DNA from: Vitrella brassicaformis CCMP3155
Taxonomy: Eukaryota > Protista > Chromerida
Assembly: GCA_001179505.1 (NCBI GenBank)
Contig: CDMY01000295.1
Location: forward strand, 1-64,000
Reading direction: 5' to 3'
Length of the DNA stretch: 64,000 bases
A model generated the notes under the pieces. It saw only the letters and a program-made list of their open reading frames with translations. It was not told the DNA's origin and searched no databases. How positions within the stretch are numbered: the stretch's first letter is position 1; every line of letters starts with the position of its first letter. A program made the position numbers and the translations under genes. Shown piece after piece: positions 1 to 13,051 of this stretch.

Positions 1-182
1 GGGGGGGGGGGGGGGCCTGCGAGCTAAGCCAAATGAAGGGCACAGATCTCTCGCCGAGGTCTTCGGTGAGCACATCTGCACGAGAAGACAATGAGCAATG
101 GATCAGATTCCCACACTAGCTGCCTTCTCTCCCTTTGTTCTTTCTCTGTGGTGAGCCACGCAGGCAGGGCTGTCCAGAGCAG

Positions 183-2089
183 ATGGCCGCGTCCTCGTCC
201 GCATCACAAGGTTCTCTTCCGCCGGGCTGGCTGGCGCCGCGGGAGACCATAGTGTCGTGCTGCAGAAGTCAACTCGAGCTGACAGAGGCCATCATCCACC
301 GGACACTGACTGGTCCAGAACAGGTGGCGGGGCTGATACAGCGGGGAGCCGACCCAAACACCGAGCCACTGATGCGGAAACACAAGAGAAAGGCACAGCG
401 CTTTACGTGCTGGAAGAGCTCCGGCGGACGGCCCAGGGCCAAGTCCTGCCTAGCGCTGGCCATCGACAACAAGACGAGCCACGCCATCCCGACCGTCTGG
501 ACCACCCTGGTGGACTGCATGTGCCTTCTTCACCCCGTTGCCCTGCCTCGGTGGGCATCGCCTCAGTTGGAGGAGGCCATCATCAACGCACTGGTCCGTC
601 ACCAGATACGACAGACAGACAGACAGACAGACAGAAATGGCTCTTGCTTCTGTTGTTGTCGCAGATCAATGGTGGGGCGGACATCAATGGAGGAGGGGTG
701 GATTTCTGGACAGAAAACCCTCCTCCATTGGATCCAGAAAACAAGCCGATCAAGGTGGCCATCTCAGGAGGCAACGAGGCGGCTGTCAACATCCTGATGC
801 AGCGCCAGGTCAACCTGCGAGGGCTGATGGTGCTGGAACTGCCAGGGGGCGACGGCGTCTACTCCCATCCGCCAGGCCCTGACTACGAGAAGAAGCTGCT
901 ATCCTTCTTTCGGCGCCTGCTGCAGCACGACAGCACACTCGCGACTGAGACAGACAGATTCGGCCACAACAACCTGCTGCATCATGCGGCCGAAAACGGC
1001 GTTTGGTATTCACAGGCCTTCATCGACGCCTACATAGAGCTGCTGGTCGGCCACGGTGCTGACATGACGGCGGTGGCCGGCACATCCAGCGCCACCCCGC
1101 TGCATTGTGCGGCAGAATGCGCCTCCCACCGCGTGGCCGAGTCCCTCTGTCGCCGCCTTTCTGCTGACGACATCAACAGAGGGACAGCCAACGAGCCCAA
1201 CAACACACCCCTCGCTGCGGCTGCTCGGCAGCTCCCCTCCTACAATCTCGAACTGGAAAACGTTGACGATGAGCTCGACGACGAACGAGACGGAGGAGAG
1301 GATGACGATGACGATGACGATGACGATAGCGACGAAGAACTGGACCCAGCCGAGGAGGAGCGGATTCGCACCCGAGCCATTCCCAACATCAAGGCCACCA
1401 TCCGGACGCTGCTGCGGGGCGGGGCAGACATCACCCGCCTTCCCATGGCCACCGAGGAGCAGCGCCGCCAGCGTCAGTTCGTGCTGGCCGAGTATGCCAC
1501 AGTGCTGAATGAGCTGTCCGAGGCTGTCATGTCGGCCATCAACGCCGCCCTCGCCCCCCAGCGCGACCACTCGACGCTTCTCGCCCGTCTGCTGCCCCTC
1601 GCCCCCCACCACGACGGCGCCCACCCCCACCCCTCCCCATCCAACATGGCATTCGGACCACACGAGGCCGAGGGCATCGGCTGGAAGATCGCCGCCTTCT
1701 GCTTCGACTGGGATGACGCAGCGATGGCGATCGGTGAGAAGATCGGCCTCCGCAACAGCACACTGGCTCGGCGTGTGCGTGCGGCCATCGACCACTTCGT
1801 CAAGTCGGCGCTGTATGCGAGCAGCAATAGGGAGGTGGTGGGCGGGACGAGATACCAGCAGCAGGGCGACAAGCGCGTCAAGGTGACCGTGCCGCCGCTG
1901 CAATGCTTCGCCACCCGTGCCGCTGGCAACGGGGGGCAAGTGGTGGGCGTGCGTGAGGTGGTGCATCGGGCCCGGCTCGACGAGGTGGCGAAGTATCAGC
2001 TGACGGGCGTCGAGAAGGGCTTCAACGCGCATTTGGGCAATGAGGACTGCCAGTTCGGCTGGGGTCAGCTGGAGCTGGGCGTAGAGTGA
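183..2089 (+). CDS. Ankyrin-repeat protein of a lineage-expanded family (copy 1); at least 2 exons, with a phase-0 intron at 594-664
   Basis: ATG at 183. Frame of ORF 135..797 to ...IINAL, then a GT..AG intron containing (GACA)n, then the frame of ORF 257..2089 (INGGADIN, LLHHAAENG, TPLHCAAEC, TPLAAAA). Has a poly-Asp tract. The C-terminal block HPHPSPSNMAFGPHEAEGIGWKI is shared with 57972..59807. Confidence 0.82.
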
Positions 2090-2860
2090 GGGAGATGGGA
2101 TGGACGGGAGTGGAGGGATTTGATTGGTGGAGTGATTGGTCTTTTTCTGTCTGACTGACACGGGCAGTCGTTGTTGACCACCGATTGTTGGTTAGTTGGA
2201 CCAGGTGTGCGAGTACGTGTGTGACACTGTCCCTCCCCTGCATTCATGTCGATCGACGTTGATGTATGTGGCTGGCTGACGCACGTCAACTCGCTAGCTA
2301 TGCAGGCATACAGACAGACAGACATTGTCATGCACCACACCATACACGTGCAACACGCACGACTGACTGAACATGCACACAAATATTGCATGCACACACA
2401 CATATATACACAGACACATACACATGCAGCTGACTGACGGGGAGGGATGGAAGGAACCAAGGACGCACAAATAGCCAGCTAGACCCAGGCAAAGCATCCA
2501 CACAGACAGATGGGAAACCACTGTCCACCCAGCTAGCTAGGTGTGAGTGAGTGAGGGAGTTACATTACAAAAGATGGAACGGACATGGAATAAACAGACA
2601 AATGGGACCACGGTTGCAAAGACAGAGTGAGCGAGGGGATCAGTCGTGGGGTGGACACGAGACAATGAGACAGACAATGTGGAGCATCGAGGACTGGACA
2701 TCTCTTCCCAGCTACATGTCTGCGGCGAGAACACGCCCTTGTTGATGGAAACATCCATTTCTTCACTTTGACTTAATTTGTGGCTGCCAACACACGCACT
2801 AGACACATCGACCATTCGGCTGCACACAGAAAAGCGGGAGGAACACCCACAGCGACAGTG

Positions 2861-2865
2861 ACACA

Positions 2866-2900
<35 letters not shown>
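2861..2900 (+). repeat. Compound microsatellite (AC)n(AG)n, representative of the many simple repeats in introns and UTRs across the window
   Basis: Read directly. Similar (GT)n, (GACA)n, (GGAT)n and (AGCTG)n tracts occur in most introns. Confidence 0.97.
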
Positions 2901-2901
<1 letters not shown>

Positions 2902-3034
2902 TGGACGGATGAGACTTTGGGAGAGACACGGGTCGGGTCAAAGTAAAATCAGAAGACAATGAGTAATGGGGAGATAGGCGGCGCCACTATCTGTCTCTTC
3001 CTGATATGCCGCCACCCACCCACCGACAACTCAG

Positions 3035-6000
3035 CTAGTCGCACGCTTGAAACAGACACACAAGCCAGCACCAGCTGCTCTTGAGCTGGGTTCTCCCCCG
3101 ATACCCAGAGCACTCCCCTCCTCCCTCGTCGAGCCGACGGCCACCAGCTGCAGCTGCAGCAGCAGCCACCCTCACCCGGTCCGTCTGGGTCTTGGCCAGC
3201 TGCTCCAGTGCCGCCGTGCCGTTGACGAACCCATAGCCCGTCCTGTTGTCGAATCCTACCTGGAAACCCGGTTGGCCAGGGTCGTCCATGTCTTGTGCCG
3301 TCTCTTGCAGCAAGGCCTTGATCTCGGCAGGTGAGATGTGGGGGTCGTAGTCGATAATAAGTGCGGCGAGGGCAGCCACGTGTGGGGCGGAGGCGGAGGT
3401 GCCGAAGAAGTCTAGACAGAAAGGAAGGACGAAGGAGAACAGAACAGCCGCCCTCACGTGGCGTGGCTGCCGTGCCGTGTGTGTGCTATCTGCTTACTTG
3501 GGAGGCCGTCCCCCTCTCGGTCGCTGATGTTGCTCACTCTTGGAGGAAAGAAATTCGTGTTTGCACCGTCTTTCAGACACACACAGAAAGGGCAAGGGTG
3601 GGCCTTACGATGATTCCAGGTCTGTATATGTGTGTGTGTGTGTGTGTGTCATGTTGTCACCTGGTCCGCACACCACGGGAGATTCGCGAATCTCAGGCGA
3701 CTCGAGCCGTGTGCCATTCGGATGCCAGTAGATGGGGAACACACCTGCAGACTCACACAGAGACACAGAGAGCAGCTGCCTTCCGCTGCCGGCAGCCTGA
3801 CCAGTCACCCACCTCTGGATGAGAAGCCATTGACCTCTGTGGTCTTGTTGGTAAATGCAGTCGTGTTGAGGTACTCGGCTGCACAGCACGCCGTGTTGCT
3901 CGCCGCGTAGGAATGCCTAAGTGCGTGACACGGACAGCGACACACCTGTGTAGGTGGGTGGCTGGCTGCACGCCACGAGCTGTCGCTCTCACCCATATGT
4001 CGCCGGTCCGAAGAAGTCCTCATTCTTGCGTGTGAGGCTGTTGAGGCCAAAGAGCACGACACCGATCCAATTGGGGTCGGGCTTCTCGGGGGGATCGCCC
4101 CTGCATGACGCAGACAGACAGACAGACAAAGAGGTGCGAAAGGAAAATGCGTCCATGTATGGTATGGGTGTTTGGTAGTGAGTGGTGGGTGATGCCTTGC
4201 ACTCACGGCGTGGGCGAGACGAGCTTCCCAATGCGAAGGAAGAACTGATCTGACGGGCCCAAGTTCTGTCACGTGAGGTGCGGCGACAGACAGGGGGCAA
4301 TCGAACCGATAAGGCCTTTCTTCCCCTTGTGTCCTTCTGTCCTGTCCGCCTTTTGGCTTACTTTGTATGACATGATCTCAATGGGGTCGCCCAGCTTACT
4401 GCTGATGCCGAATTCCACGAGCGTCCTGTTCCTGCGCAGCGCATGTCAGGTCAGCCCAGCCGGCACTCATGTAAGCGATCCGACCGACGGACACAAGTGT
4501 GTGCCATTCGTGTGGTGTATAGCTCACTCGTCATACAGGAAGGTATCCATATCGGTGATGGCCCCATCACCTCCTGAAACAACCACACACACACACACGC
4601 AATACTGAATCCTCCCTTCTCCCTGCAGCCAGCCCTCCCTCCACGACTCACCGAAGACGGTGAAGTACCCCTGATCCCAATTGAGGACGCTCGTCAGAGT
4701 GCGGTTGATGGGCAGGGTGAAGGAGAAGTCGATGTCGCCCGTCTGGTTGAACAAGTGGAACTCGTATACGGTCTCAACTGAACGCATACAGACACAATGA
4801 ATGACTGCACCCGCCTAGGCGTCTGGTTGGAATCTTACATCCCCCAATCGAGATGGTATCATTGATGCCGCTGGGGTGGTACGCCTCAGATATGCCGCTG
4901 TCGCCGTAGTTGCCGGCCGATGAATAGTAGGCCCTTCCAAGCCCAGTGACGTTATCGACCGCCTGAGCGATGATCTGATAGGTCGAGACACATGTCACAA
5001 CAAACCAGCCGCATATGGATGGCTGAACGGTGCTGCCGTCCTCAGCTGCGTCATGTGCTACCCACCCCATCGACGAAGAACGGCTCTGCCCGATAGCGCA
5101 CGTCATCAGCAATGACCTCGCATCCCTCAGCAGCCAACAGCAAGATGCCTGACACGCACGCGCACATACGTGTGAATGCGGCCCCATATTGCAAGTGTGT
5201 GACACAAGGCAGGCCTACCAAGGGCGAAATCGGCCTGGCCCCAAAAGGCTGTGTGGAAAGCGAATTTGGGAAGCCCCGGGGCCACATCGTACCTGCACAG
5301 CCAACATAGGCAGAAGGGCCGGTGCTCTTTTTCTCGCCTATGTGTGTGTTGTGTGTGTGTGTATGTGGGCGCTTCGTGTGCGCACGCACATGAGCTCCAT
5401 CATTCCCTGGCCTTCATCGCTCATGCCCTCTACCCCCTCCTTCAGAACGGCCACATCTTCCGGCAGGTCACCGAGCTCCCTAAGGATTGCGGCATTTCCT
5501 CGTACGTCATAAGAGTCCGACAGTGCCCCAATACCTACACCAACCAGATCAATCAATCCATTGACACCAGGTATGGTATCGCCGGCCGTGTGGTGCTGTG
5601 TTGCAATCTTGCGTCGTACAAGTCAGACTGGATCCATCGACGTTGTATATCTGCCTCGCAAGGTCGGTGTCCATCGCACGGTCCCCCTGGGAAGTGACGT
5701 TGCCCACCAGACTCACTGCAATCATCGGATTCCCACCCGTCGGTAGCGTATCTCTGGGCGGCGAGGAAGGGATGATGTCTGCCATCGCTGTGCGAATCAC
5801 GCGAATCCCAGGTATCATGGTTGACACGAAGGCGATCTTGTCGAAAGGCAGCCTCGCCGAGATCACCCTCTGGAACTGTTTGATGCCCGTGAGCCCCAGT
5901 GAGGTGAGTTTCAAAGTGAGGCCCTTGACACCGCCCCGCTCCAGCCGCGACTCGTCGATGGCCATGTCCACAACAATGCCCTCGGTAGACACCTGTGTGG

Positions 6001-6529
6001 CCGTGTCTTTGGCGAACTGCCGCAGCTTGGTCCCGTCGCGGAAGAGGCCGCGCCAGTGGTGGAATGATTGGCCGAGGGCCAGCCGCATCGTGCCGTTGTC
6101 GGCGCTGAACGGGTCGTTCCTTGCGAGTGCCGCCGACACGCCCTGCCGTCGTAAGTCAAAGAGCCGCTGCTCGATGTGGAGGAAGTGCAGCTGGTAGAGC
6201 AGCGTGTCGAGCTGTATGTTGGAGGGCTTGAACAGCCGGCGGGCCGTCTCGGGGACGGATTTGACCAGCTGCGCGTACCTGACGTCCACAGCACCTGCAA
6301 CACCCACAACAAGAACAGCCATAAAACACTATCAGTCTGCCTGTCTGCCCTCTTCGTCCATACTCGGCAGGTCCCGTTCTGTGTCGTCCGCGACGTCGGT
6401 GTCGTTGCCTCCGCGGGTGTTGGGCTGCTCCACCCACAGCTCCGTCTGGGAGTCTTGCGGCTCCTGCCCGTCTGAGATCATGAAGACCATGGAGAGAACA
6501 AACAACGAAGGCAACACACCCGACACCAT
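3035..6529 (-). CDS. Secreted subtilase-clan peptidase of the bacterial 'S53-like' (DEG) type, copy 1; multi-exon
   Basis: Signal peptide MVSGVLPSLFVLSMVFMISDG and a long propeptide. Spliced catalytic motifs: GNVTSQGD..., GIGALSDS, DEGQGMMELMYDVAPG...AFHTA...ADFALG...IADDVRYRAEPFF.DG.IAQAVD..., YYSSAGN, FFGTSASAPHVAALAAL, TGYGFVN. Confidence 0.9.
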
Positions 6530-6785
6530 GAGACGGCTTCTTGTACTATTATTTCGTCGACGTCGGGTCTCAATTCTGGTGGATCCCGATTCCTGATCGT
6601 CGTGAGTCCAGCTGTCTGAGGGGCTGCCTGCATTTCTGCTGCCGTGCCGCCCTTCAAGCTGTCATCACCCATCCATCACATCTGGCGTCACACGAGTCCA
6701 TCCTGAGTAGACGAGTCCTTTTGATCTGCCGGTCCTTCTTGTAGCCACACACGAGTTCCGCTGTAGCTCCTGGTCCTCTTCCACC

Positions 6786-9268
6786 ATGCGCCAAGTCAGC
6801 ATGTGCCGCTTCCTACTGCCCGTCCCTCCCACGGACAAGGCGGATCAAGCGCCTCAGCAGCGCCACGCGGACACAGGTGAGATGGCTATCACGCCCACAG
6901 ATCTGCTTGAACATGCGCTGATGTGTTTTGCTTTCGATGCATGCCTTCAGATTTCACCACTCCCGAGGCGCAGGCCATCGCCGATGAGATCATCACTCAG
7001 CGACAGCTGGTGAGCCACACACCAACACCGACCAGACAACACATCCCTGAGGAATGTGGATGCGTTTGCTGTTGTTGTCAGGCGTCCCCTCCGCCGAATG
7101 CGTCACTGTGCGGCTTCCAGCCAGGGAAGCTGGCCGACGTGTGTGAGCACATGTACACCCACGAGGCCATCCGGCTGGCCCTCCTCAGCAAGAGCATCCA
7201 AGACACGTCCCAGTCGCCGTTCGTTATCCGCCATCTCAACGTCACCCCCGAGTCGCACAAGCTGTGGCGCAAAGCACAAAGGAGCGTCCTGGGGCAGCTG
7301 CGGGGCCGCCTCACCCGGCTGGAGACGGCCTCCATCATCACAGACGAGGATGTCTACTCGCGAGGGCTCAACGAGGACCGGCTGGGCGACGAGCCAGAGG
7401 CCAATGACGATGCACTCGAGACCGTACCCCTCGATACGTCAGAGGAGCGGCAGAGCCTGGGCCATGGCCATCGGTCCGTCTACGCGCGGCTGCTGGAGGC
7501 CTCAGCTGCGCGGCTCAAGGAGTGTCACCTACTCGAGGCCTGCCCTGGCGTGAGCGACGGTCCGGGGTCGATCTCCGAGATGCTGAGGCGACAGCCAAGG
7601 GTGACCTTCGAGTCGCTTCATGTAGTCGAGATAGATGGCAGCCTGTGGGCGGCGGTGGCATACAGCCGCCTGTGGCGGCTGCCCAGTCTGAAGGTCTTCG
7701 TCAGTAGCGGCTGCCATCCCCAGCTCATGATGAGGTGGCTGGAGCACACACCCCACCTGGCCCATTGCGAGGTGGAGACCGCCAACGCCCTGTACTTCAT
7801 CACCGTCTTGCGGGCCGTCCCCTCCCTCAAGAGCCTCACGTCGCTGGGCGTCATCGACATCGACGACAAGTTCGCCCCCTCTCTCGACACGTTTCTGCGC
7901 CTGCTGGAGGACAAGGGCGCCATTGGCCGCAGTGGCCACATCGAGAGCCTCAGTGTGCTCCCGTCGTTCAGCCGTGTGGATACCGACGAGGAGGGCCAGC
8001 AGCAAGAGGATGACCGGGACGTGCAGCGCGACCGCGTCCTCGCGGCCCTGCGTGCACTGGCCGTGTTTGTGGACCGCATCGCCGGCAGCGGCATCTCGGC
8101 TGGTCCCAACACCCAGGTGACGGCCATCCCGCGCTCATCATGGTACGACAAAGTCACCAGCAAGATGCTCAAGTCGACAGCGCAATCGGACAGCACGGGA
8201 CCAGCGGCCTCGTCGTCGACGGCTGCCGCTGACAACAGCGGGCAGACGGCCAGTCGCAAGGCGCCCCTCTTCCCCAACATGGTGCCTCGAGGTGATGCTG
8301 ATGGTGCGAGTACGAGCCAGCCAGTGGCTGAGATCACAACCACCAGGCGCCCCTTCCAGCTGCTCATCTACATGCCCCCACACTTCGACGACAAGCTGCT
8401 GCGTCTGGACCTGAAGGCGTCCGACGTGCTGCCCAAGAAGATCGTTCGCGAGATGGCCCGGGCGGCCGAGGTGATGGCGGTGGAGGCCACATCGAGCAGC
8501 GCGGCATCTGGCAGGGGCAGCTTCGGGGACTACGTCTTCGATTCGCTGGCCGGTCTGCAAATCTGCGACCCCGCGGAGATGACGGACGCCGTGCTGCCCC
8601 TGCTGCCAGACGCTCCCTGCAGCCGCTTTCCACGACTGCAGAGGGTCTTCTTCCGGTTCCCCTCCTTCCATCTGATCAGAGAGGGAGGGGTGAGGCAGCT
8701 GCTGTCTCCAGTCAAGGGCCAGCTGCCCAAGGCCGTCGTTTTCCTCATCGACGCGCCCAGCAGATACGACACCAATTACGGCACAACCGCCCAGCCGCCG
8801 GCTCGAGAAGCCGCTCCTGGCCTCCTTGCCCAACTTGCGGTCGAGTGCCTCGAGGCGACTGGTCAGGTGGACGAGGTGGAGCTCGACTTCATGCCTGTCA
8901 TCCCTGACGAGATCGACAGGGGGCTGCCGCACACGTCCCCCTTCTACCACCTGTACAAGACTCCCTCCCTCATGGCCCGCCTCCCCACCATGAAACACCT
9001 GACCATCGACTCCCCGTACTGCATCCATGGCCAGCTGGGCAACCTGCAGATCGACTTCATCATGGCCGTCATCACCAACACGCACGGCCTGCAGCAGGTG
9101 ACCTTCAGCGAGAGGATGACCGGGGCGGTCCACGACAGATATCCAAACCGGCTGCAGCACTACCCGGCCTACCTCGCGTCTGCTGCTGTCGATGAGACGC
9201 TCGCGTCGGCCGGGTCGCCGTTTGTGGTGGTGTCGGCTGATGACACCACACTCACACTCAAGCGATAG
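6786..9268 (+). CDS. Hypothetical protein of about 780 aa (lineage-specific, LRR/RNI-like periodicity); two short 5' exons and one 2.2-kb exon
   Basis: ATG at 6786, introns about 6878-6950 and about 7011-7081 (GT..AG), then a long GC3-rich open frame to TAG at 9268. LxxLxxL-type segments (LWRLPSLKVF, LKSLTSLGVIDI, FPRLQRVFF). Confidence 0.75.
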
Positions 9269-9822
9269 AGGAGAGACGGTGGGTGGGTGGGCGGCTGTTC
9301 GGTGGTGGGTGGGAGAGACTGAGAGGTAGACGTAGCGAGGATTGGATTGGATGGATGCAGTGTTTGCTTCGATGGGGGGGTTCGTTTACATGTAGCTGTT
9401 CGTGCCTTGGTGTACATATTCGCATCTGACGTGTCGCAGCCCAGCATTGCTGGCATGAATAGAGGCTGAGTGCAGCGTGCGGTGGGCATTTTGGGTTAAC
9501 AGTTTTGATGCATCTGGACGGTGCACAGATGGCTGTAAGCAGGGCTGTGTGTGGTTCTGAGCAACCGCCCTCCCATTGCAGGCAGACAGACTGCTCCAAT
9601 GCCTCACTCGCGTGGCTGTGGAGCACTGCTGTCGGTCTGTCTTCTTCGAGGCAGATTACTCAGAGCCAAGACACCATCGACACGAGACGGTCGGACGTGT
9701 CACACTGTGCATGCGTAGCTTGCTGATGAGAGGGCGGCCTGGACACGAACCATGCATGGCTCACTCATTCGAATGCAATCGCACCGTACCGAGTCTGGCG
9801 GACCGAAAAACTTGAGAGACAT

Positions 9823-9878
9823 GGATCCATGCCACATGTTTCTAATTATGGGATCCATGCCACATGTTTCTAATTATG
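9823..9878 (+). repeat. Perfect 28-bp tandem duplication (GGATCCATGCCACATGTTTCTAATTATG x2)
   Basis: Units at 9823-9850 and 9851-9878, read directly, in the spacer between convergent genes. Confidence 0.96.
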
Positions 9879-9984
9879 CCTGTGCGAACACACCGGCAGT
9901 CCAAGCACTCTAGTCACACCCAGTCAGCTAAACAAGCCGGCCCCCACTCTGCCCTCATTCCCTGGCTGCGAGCGCGGCAACTAC

Positions 9985-12900
9985 TCATCCGACCCTCATC
10001 AGCGTGAATGTGCTCCATAGCGAATCCTCCAGCCGATGTGTGGTGCTGGCGAGGTTGAAGAGCGCCATCGCACCAACGAACCTCTCGTGGAGCTTCTCGC
10101 GTAGTCGTTCCTCACAGCATAGCATGACACACGAGTGCTTGGTGTCCTGCAAGAACCGAGACAAACCACACGAGCACCCCGACGTCCCTCCACGCTGTTC
10201 TCCCGGTTGGATGCGATGCGCGAACCAACCCACCTCTGCCTTGCTGAGAGTGACGAGCATGGTCGTCAGCCGGCTGTAGAGACACTCGAAGAGCGAAGCG
10301 CGCGACAACGCACCTGTGCGCAGCAACACATGTAGCGGGAAACTCCATTTGCATTTCAACGGCCCATTGGATGCCACGGCCCTGACTGACCTTCAACGAA
10401 TATCTCCGTGGACTCGATGGCCGGCATCTTGCTCAGATAGTCGATCCATTGCTTGCTCCACATGGCAACCTCTTCGGGCCTCATGTCGACGAGGCTGTCG
10501 GCAGTTCGTCTCAGTCTGAATGAGGCCAGCTTCTTCTCCGGTGCGGCCGTATGCAATGCCTCCAAAAAAGCGATCGCCCACGCCCAATGTTCGCGACACT
10601 CAATGCGCTCCAGCCGCGGCATCTTGACGGCCACCTTCACAGCCCGCCTAACCTGCTCACAGAAGTGTGAGCGACGGCCTTGGGGCAGAATGAGGGTGGT
10701 GGCCTGGGGGAAGCTTGTGGGGGTCGCGGGGTTGGCGCCAGAGGCTTGTCGCCGCTCGTCGAAGATCACCCTGCGCACTCCCTTGGCGAAACCGGCCACG
10801 AGCTTCTTGACCGTCTTAGAGCGGTGCTGGCGGCTCCATGCGAGGACCTGGAGGCTGATTCCGCAATAGTCGCTGACGCACGGCATCAGCGACTTGGTGA
10901 GGGCATCAGGATGCATCACGGCGTCACTGAAAGAGAGACAACGAGAAGGAGAGGAACCAGAAGAGGTCATGAGTATTGTCGGCCCGCCCTCTCCGTGTTC
11001 CCTCCCCTGCTTACGAAAGCGCCGCTGCGCTTTCGATCAGCCGCCGCGTCTCGCTGGTGTCATCCAGGTCCCGCCCCATGTCGAGCGTCATCTCCTGAAG
11101 GCTCCTCACGCACCCCCGCCGCACCAGCAGCTGGCGGAACTGGTCCACTCCTGCCGCATCCCACCTCACCTGGCCGAGGAACTCCTCCACCGTCCTCACC
11201 CGGCCCAGTGACCGCAGGCCTGCCAGGCCCTGCCCCTCCGGCATGGCCGTCAGCAGACGCTCGTTGTCCCCCTGATTGCCCTTCGTATCGTACTCGAGCT
11301 TCTCGAGCCGACTGCATCCACCGATCCACTCCCGCGCCCCATCGTACTCGACCTCGTCGACGAACCGGCCGTCGAATGTGAGTGTGGTGACATTGGGCGT
11401 CACCCACCCCCGACCGGCACGTGCCCACGCGCTGTGGGCCGGGATGTTGGTGACGGTGGTGAGGGCCGGCAGATGGACGGGGGAGGAGGGGGGAGGGGGC
11501 CGGCGCTGGTACCAATCGTTCCGGCCTCCTGGGAGGCGACAGTCGACCTCCTCGAATCGGATGGTTTGCAGGGTGGCGTGAGTGGGGGGCGGGGAGGGGA
11601 GCGGGGAGGGGGGCGGCGTAGTGATTGCAGATGACGCTTCATCGCTGGCCTGGCGCTGTTGGTCGCCCGAGTGGCCGTGTGCATGGCCCTCGACTAAGGA
11701 CACCCAGGCCGGGACAGACCACTCGGTTTCCCATTGTGGATACCGCACCGTCAGCTCTTTGATGTTGCGAGCCCTCTGGCCCCACTGAAACGCCGCGTCG
11801 CACGACAGGTTCTCCCACATCCGCCTGGCCGATTGGTCGGTGCAGTCGAGGGTCAGCTGTGTGTACTGCTTGGCGGCATCGATCTCAAAGGCGGGGCCGA
11901 TGGCCGACCGCATGCGCGAGAACTCCCAGGGGTGGAAGTGGCTGAAGATGCACACGTGGTTGTCGCGCGACAGACGATGCACGGCCTGAACGCAGCAAGC
12001 AAACACATGGGAGAGAGCTGGGCGACATTCCCCTCCCTCTCTGCGTTGTGCAGATTGTGTACCGGTCCATCCTTTGGCTCGGGGTTGCCGCTCCTGTATA
12101 CAATACGATACGGCCGACTCGGCTGCCCGCCCTGGCACACCACATACATCAGAGAGGCCTTTGTATTGGGCGCCTTGCCTATCTCCACGTGTGCCATCCC
12201 ACCGACCCACCTCTGTGTATGTTGGAGTGGGAAACACGCCGCTGCCGTGCTGATGCTGGTGGTAGTGGTATGTGTCATATGCTGCTGCCGGCGTGCTGGT
12301 GGCGAGAGCTGCCGCCGCGGCGCGGTCGAGCGGGATCTTCAGCAGCGAGAGCTGTGTCGTCATGGCCGCCACATGTGAGGCCATCCAGGTCATCTGCTCA
12401 CCCACATCACGCGCCGCACGCAATGACGCCTGTACACACCGCAGCAACCGCCATAATGACTGTATATGCCATTCAAGCACCGCTGTGGTGTTTACCTCTG
12501 ACGTGGTTTGGGATGGCTGCCGCTGTTGAAAGGGAAACGATGTCCAGAAAACCTGAACACAATACCACACACACAACAGCGCGGCTGCAGGGAGGCACCA
12601 CCTGTCGGTCTGTGTAGGGTCACCTCAGCCAGCATGCCGCTCAGTTGATTTAGGCTGCCGTCCAGTGACTGTGCACCATGCCTCAGCTGACCGGCAGACA
12701 CACAGACAGCACACAATAAAAGCGGCCCCAGCAGTGAGAGCTTCTGCCCACCTGGGCTATGACTAATCTCCGCTTCATTGGCCTGGCCAGAGGGAGAGGG
12801 ATACGAGCTCACCTGCAAAGAGAGAATGGAATGGCTGAGTCAGCCTCCTCTGTCTTTGTCGCTGTGTGGCCTACGCACGTTGCCTTGAAGCTGCTGAGCC

Positions 12901-13051
12901 TCGCGGGCTCCGCGCACCTGACACACACACAGGAGGAGAAAGAGAGAGGGCCGGCACGGATGACGTCCGTGCTGTCTGTGCCCATAATCTATCCCTCCTT
13001 GCCCTCTGCCAATCCACCCATTCCGTCGGCTCTCACCTGCTCCAGGTCCAT
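9985..13051 (-). CDS. Multi-exon hypothetical protein of a lineage-expanded LRR-like family; start uncertain
   Basis: Chain of coding-like exons joined by GT-AG introns: MDLEQ..., IGKAPNTKASLMYVVCQGG..., a long exon AVHRLSRDNHVC...LPALTTVTNIP...LEKLEY...LRSLGRV, then DAVMHPDAL...MPRLERIEC..., ending ...TFTLMRVG*. Confidence 0.6.

Noticed and set aside
1-15. Poly-G run at the window start
   Set aside because: Truncated by the window edge. It could be a homopolymer or a sequencing artefact, and no function can be supported.
1010-2161. Long antisense ORFs (for example 1010..2161, 8138..9160, 31971..33146, 58059..58964, 62224..63027)
   Set aside because: They are shadows of GC3-rich real genes on the opposite strand and carry no protein motifs.
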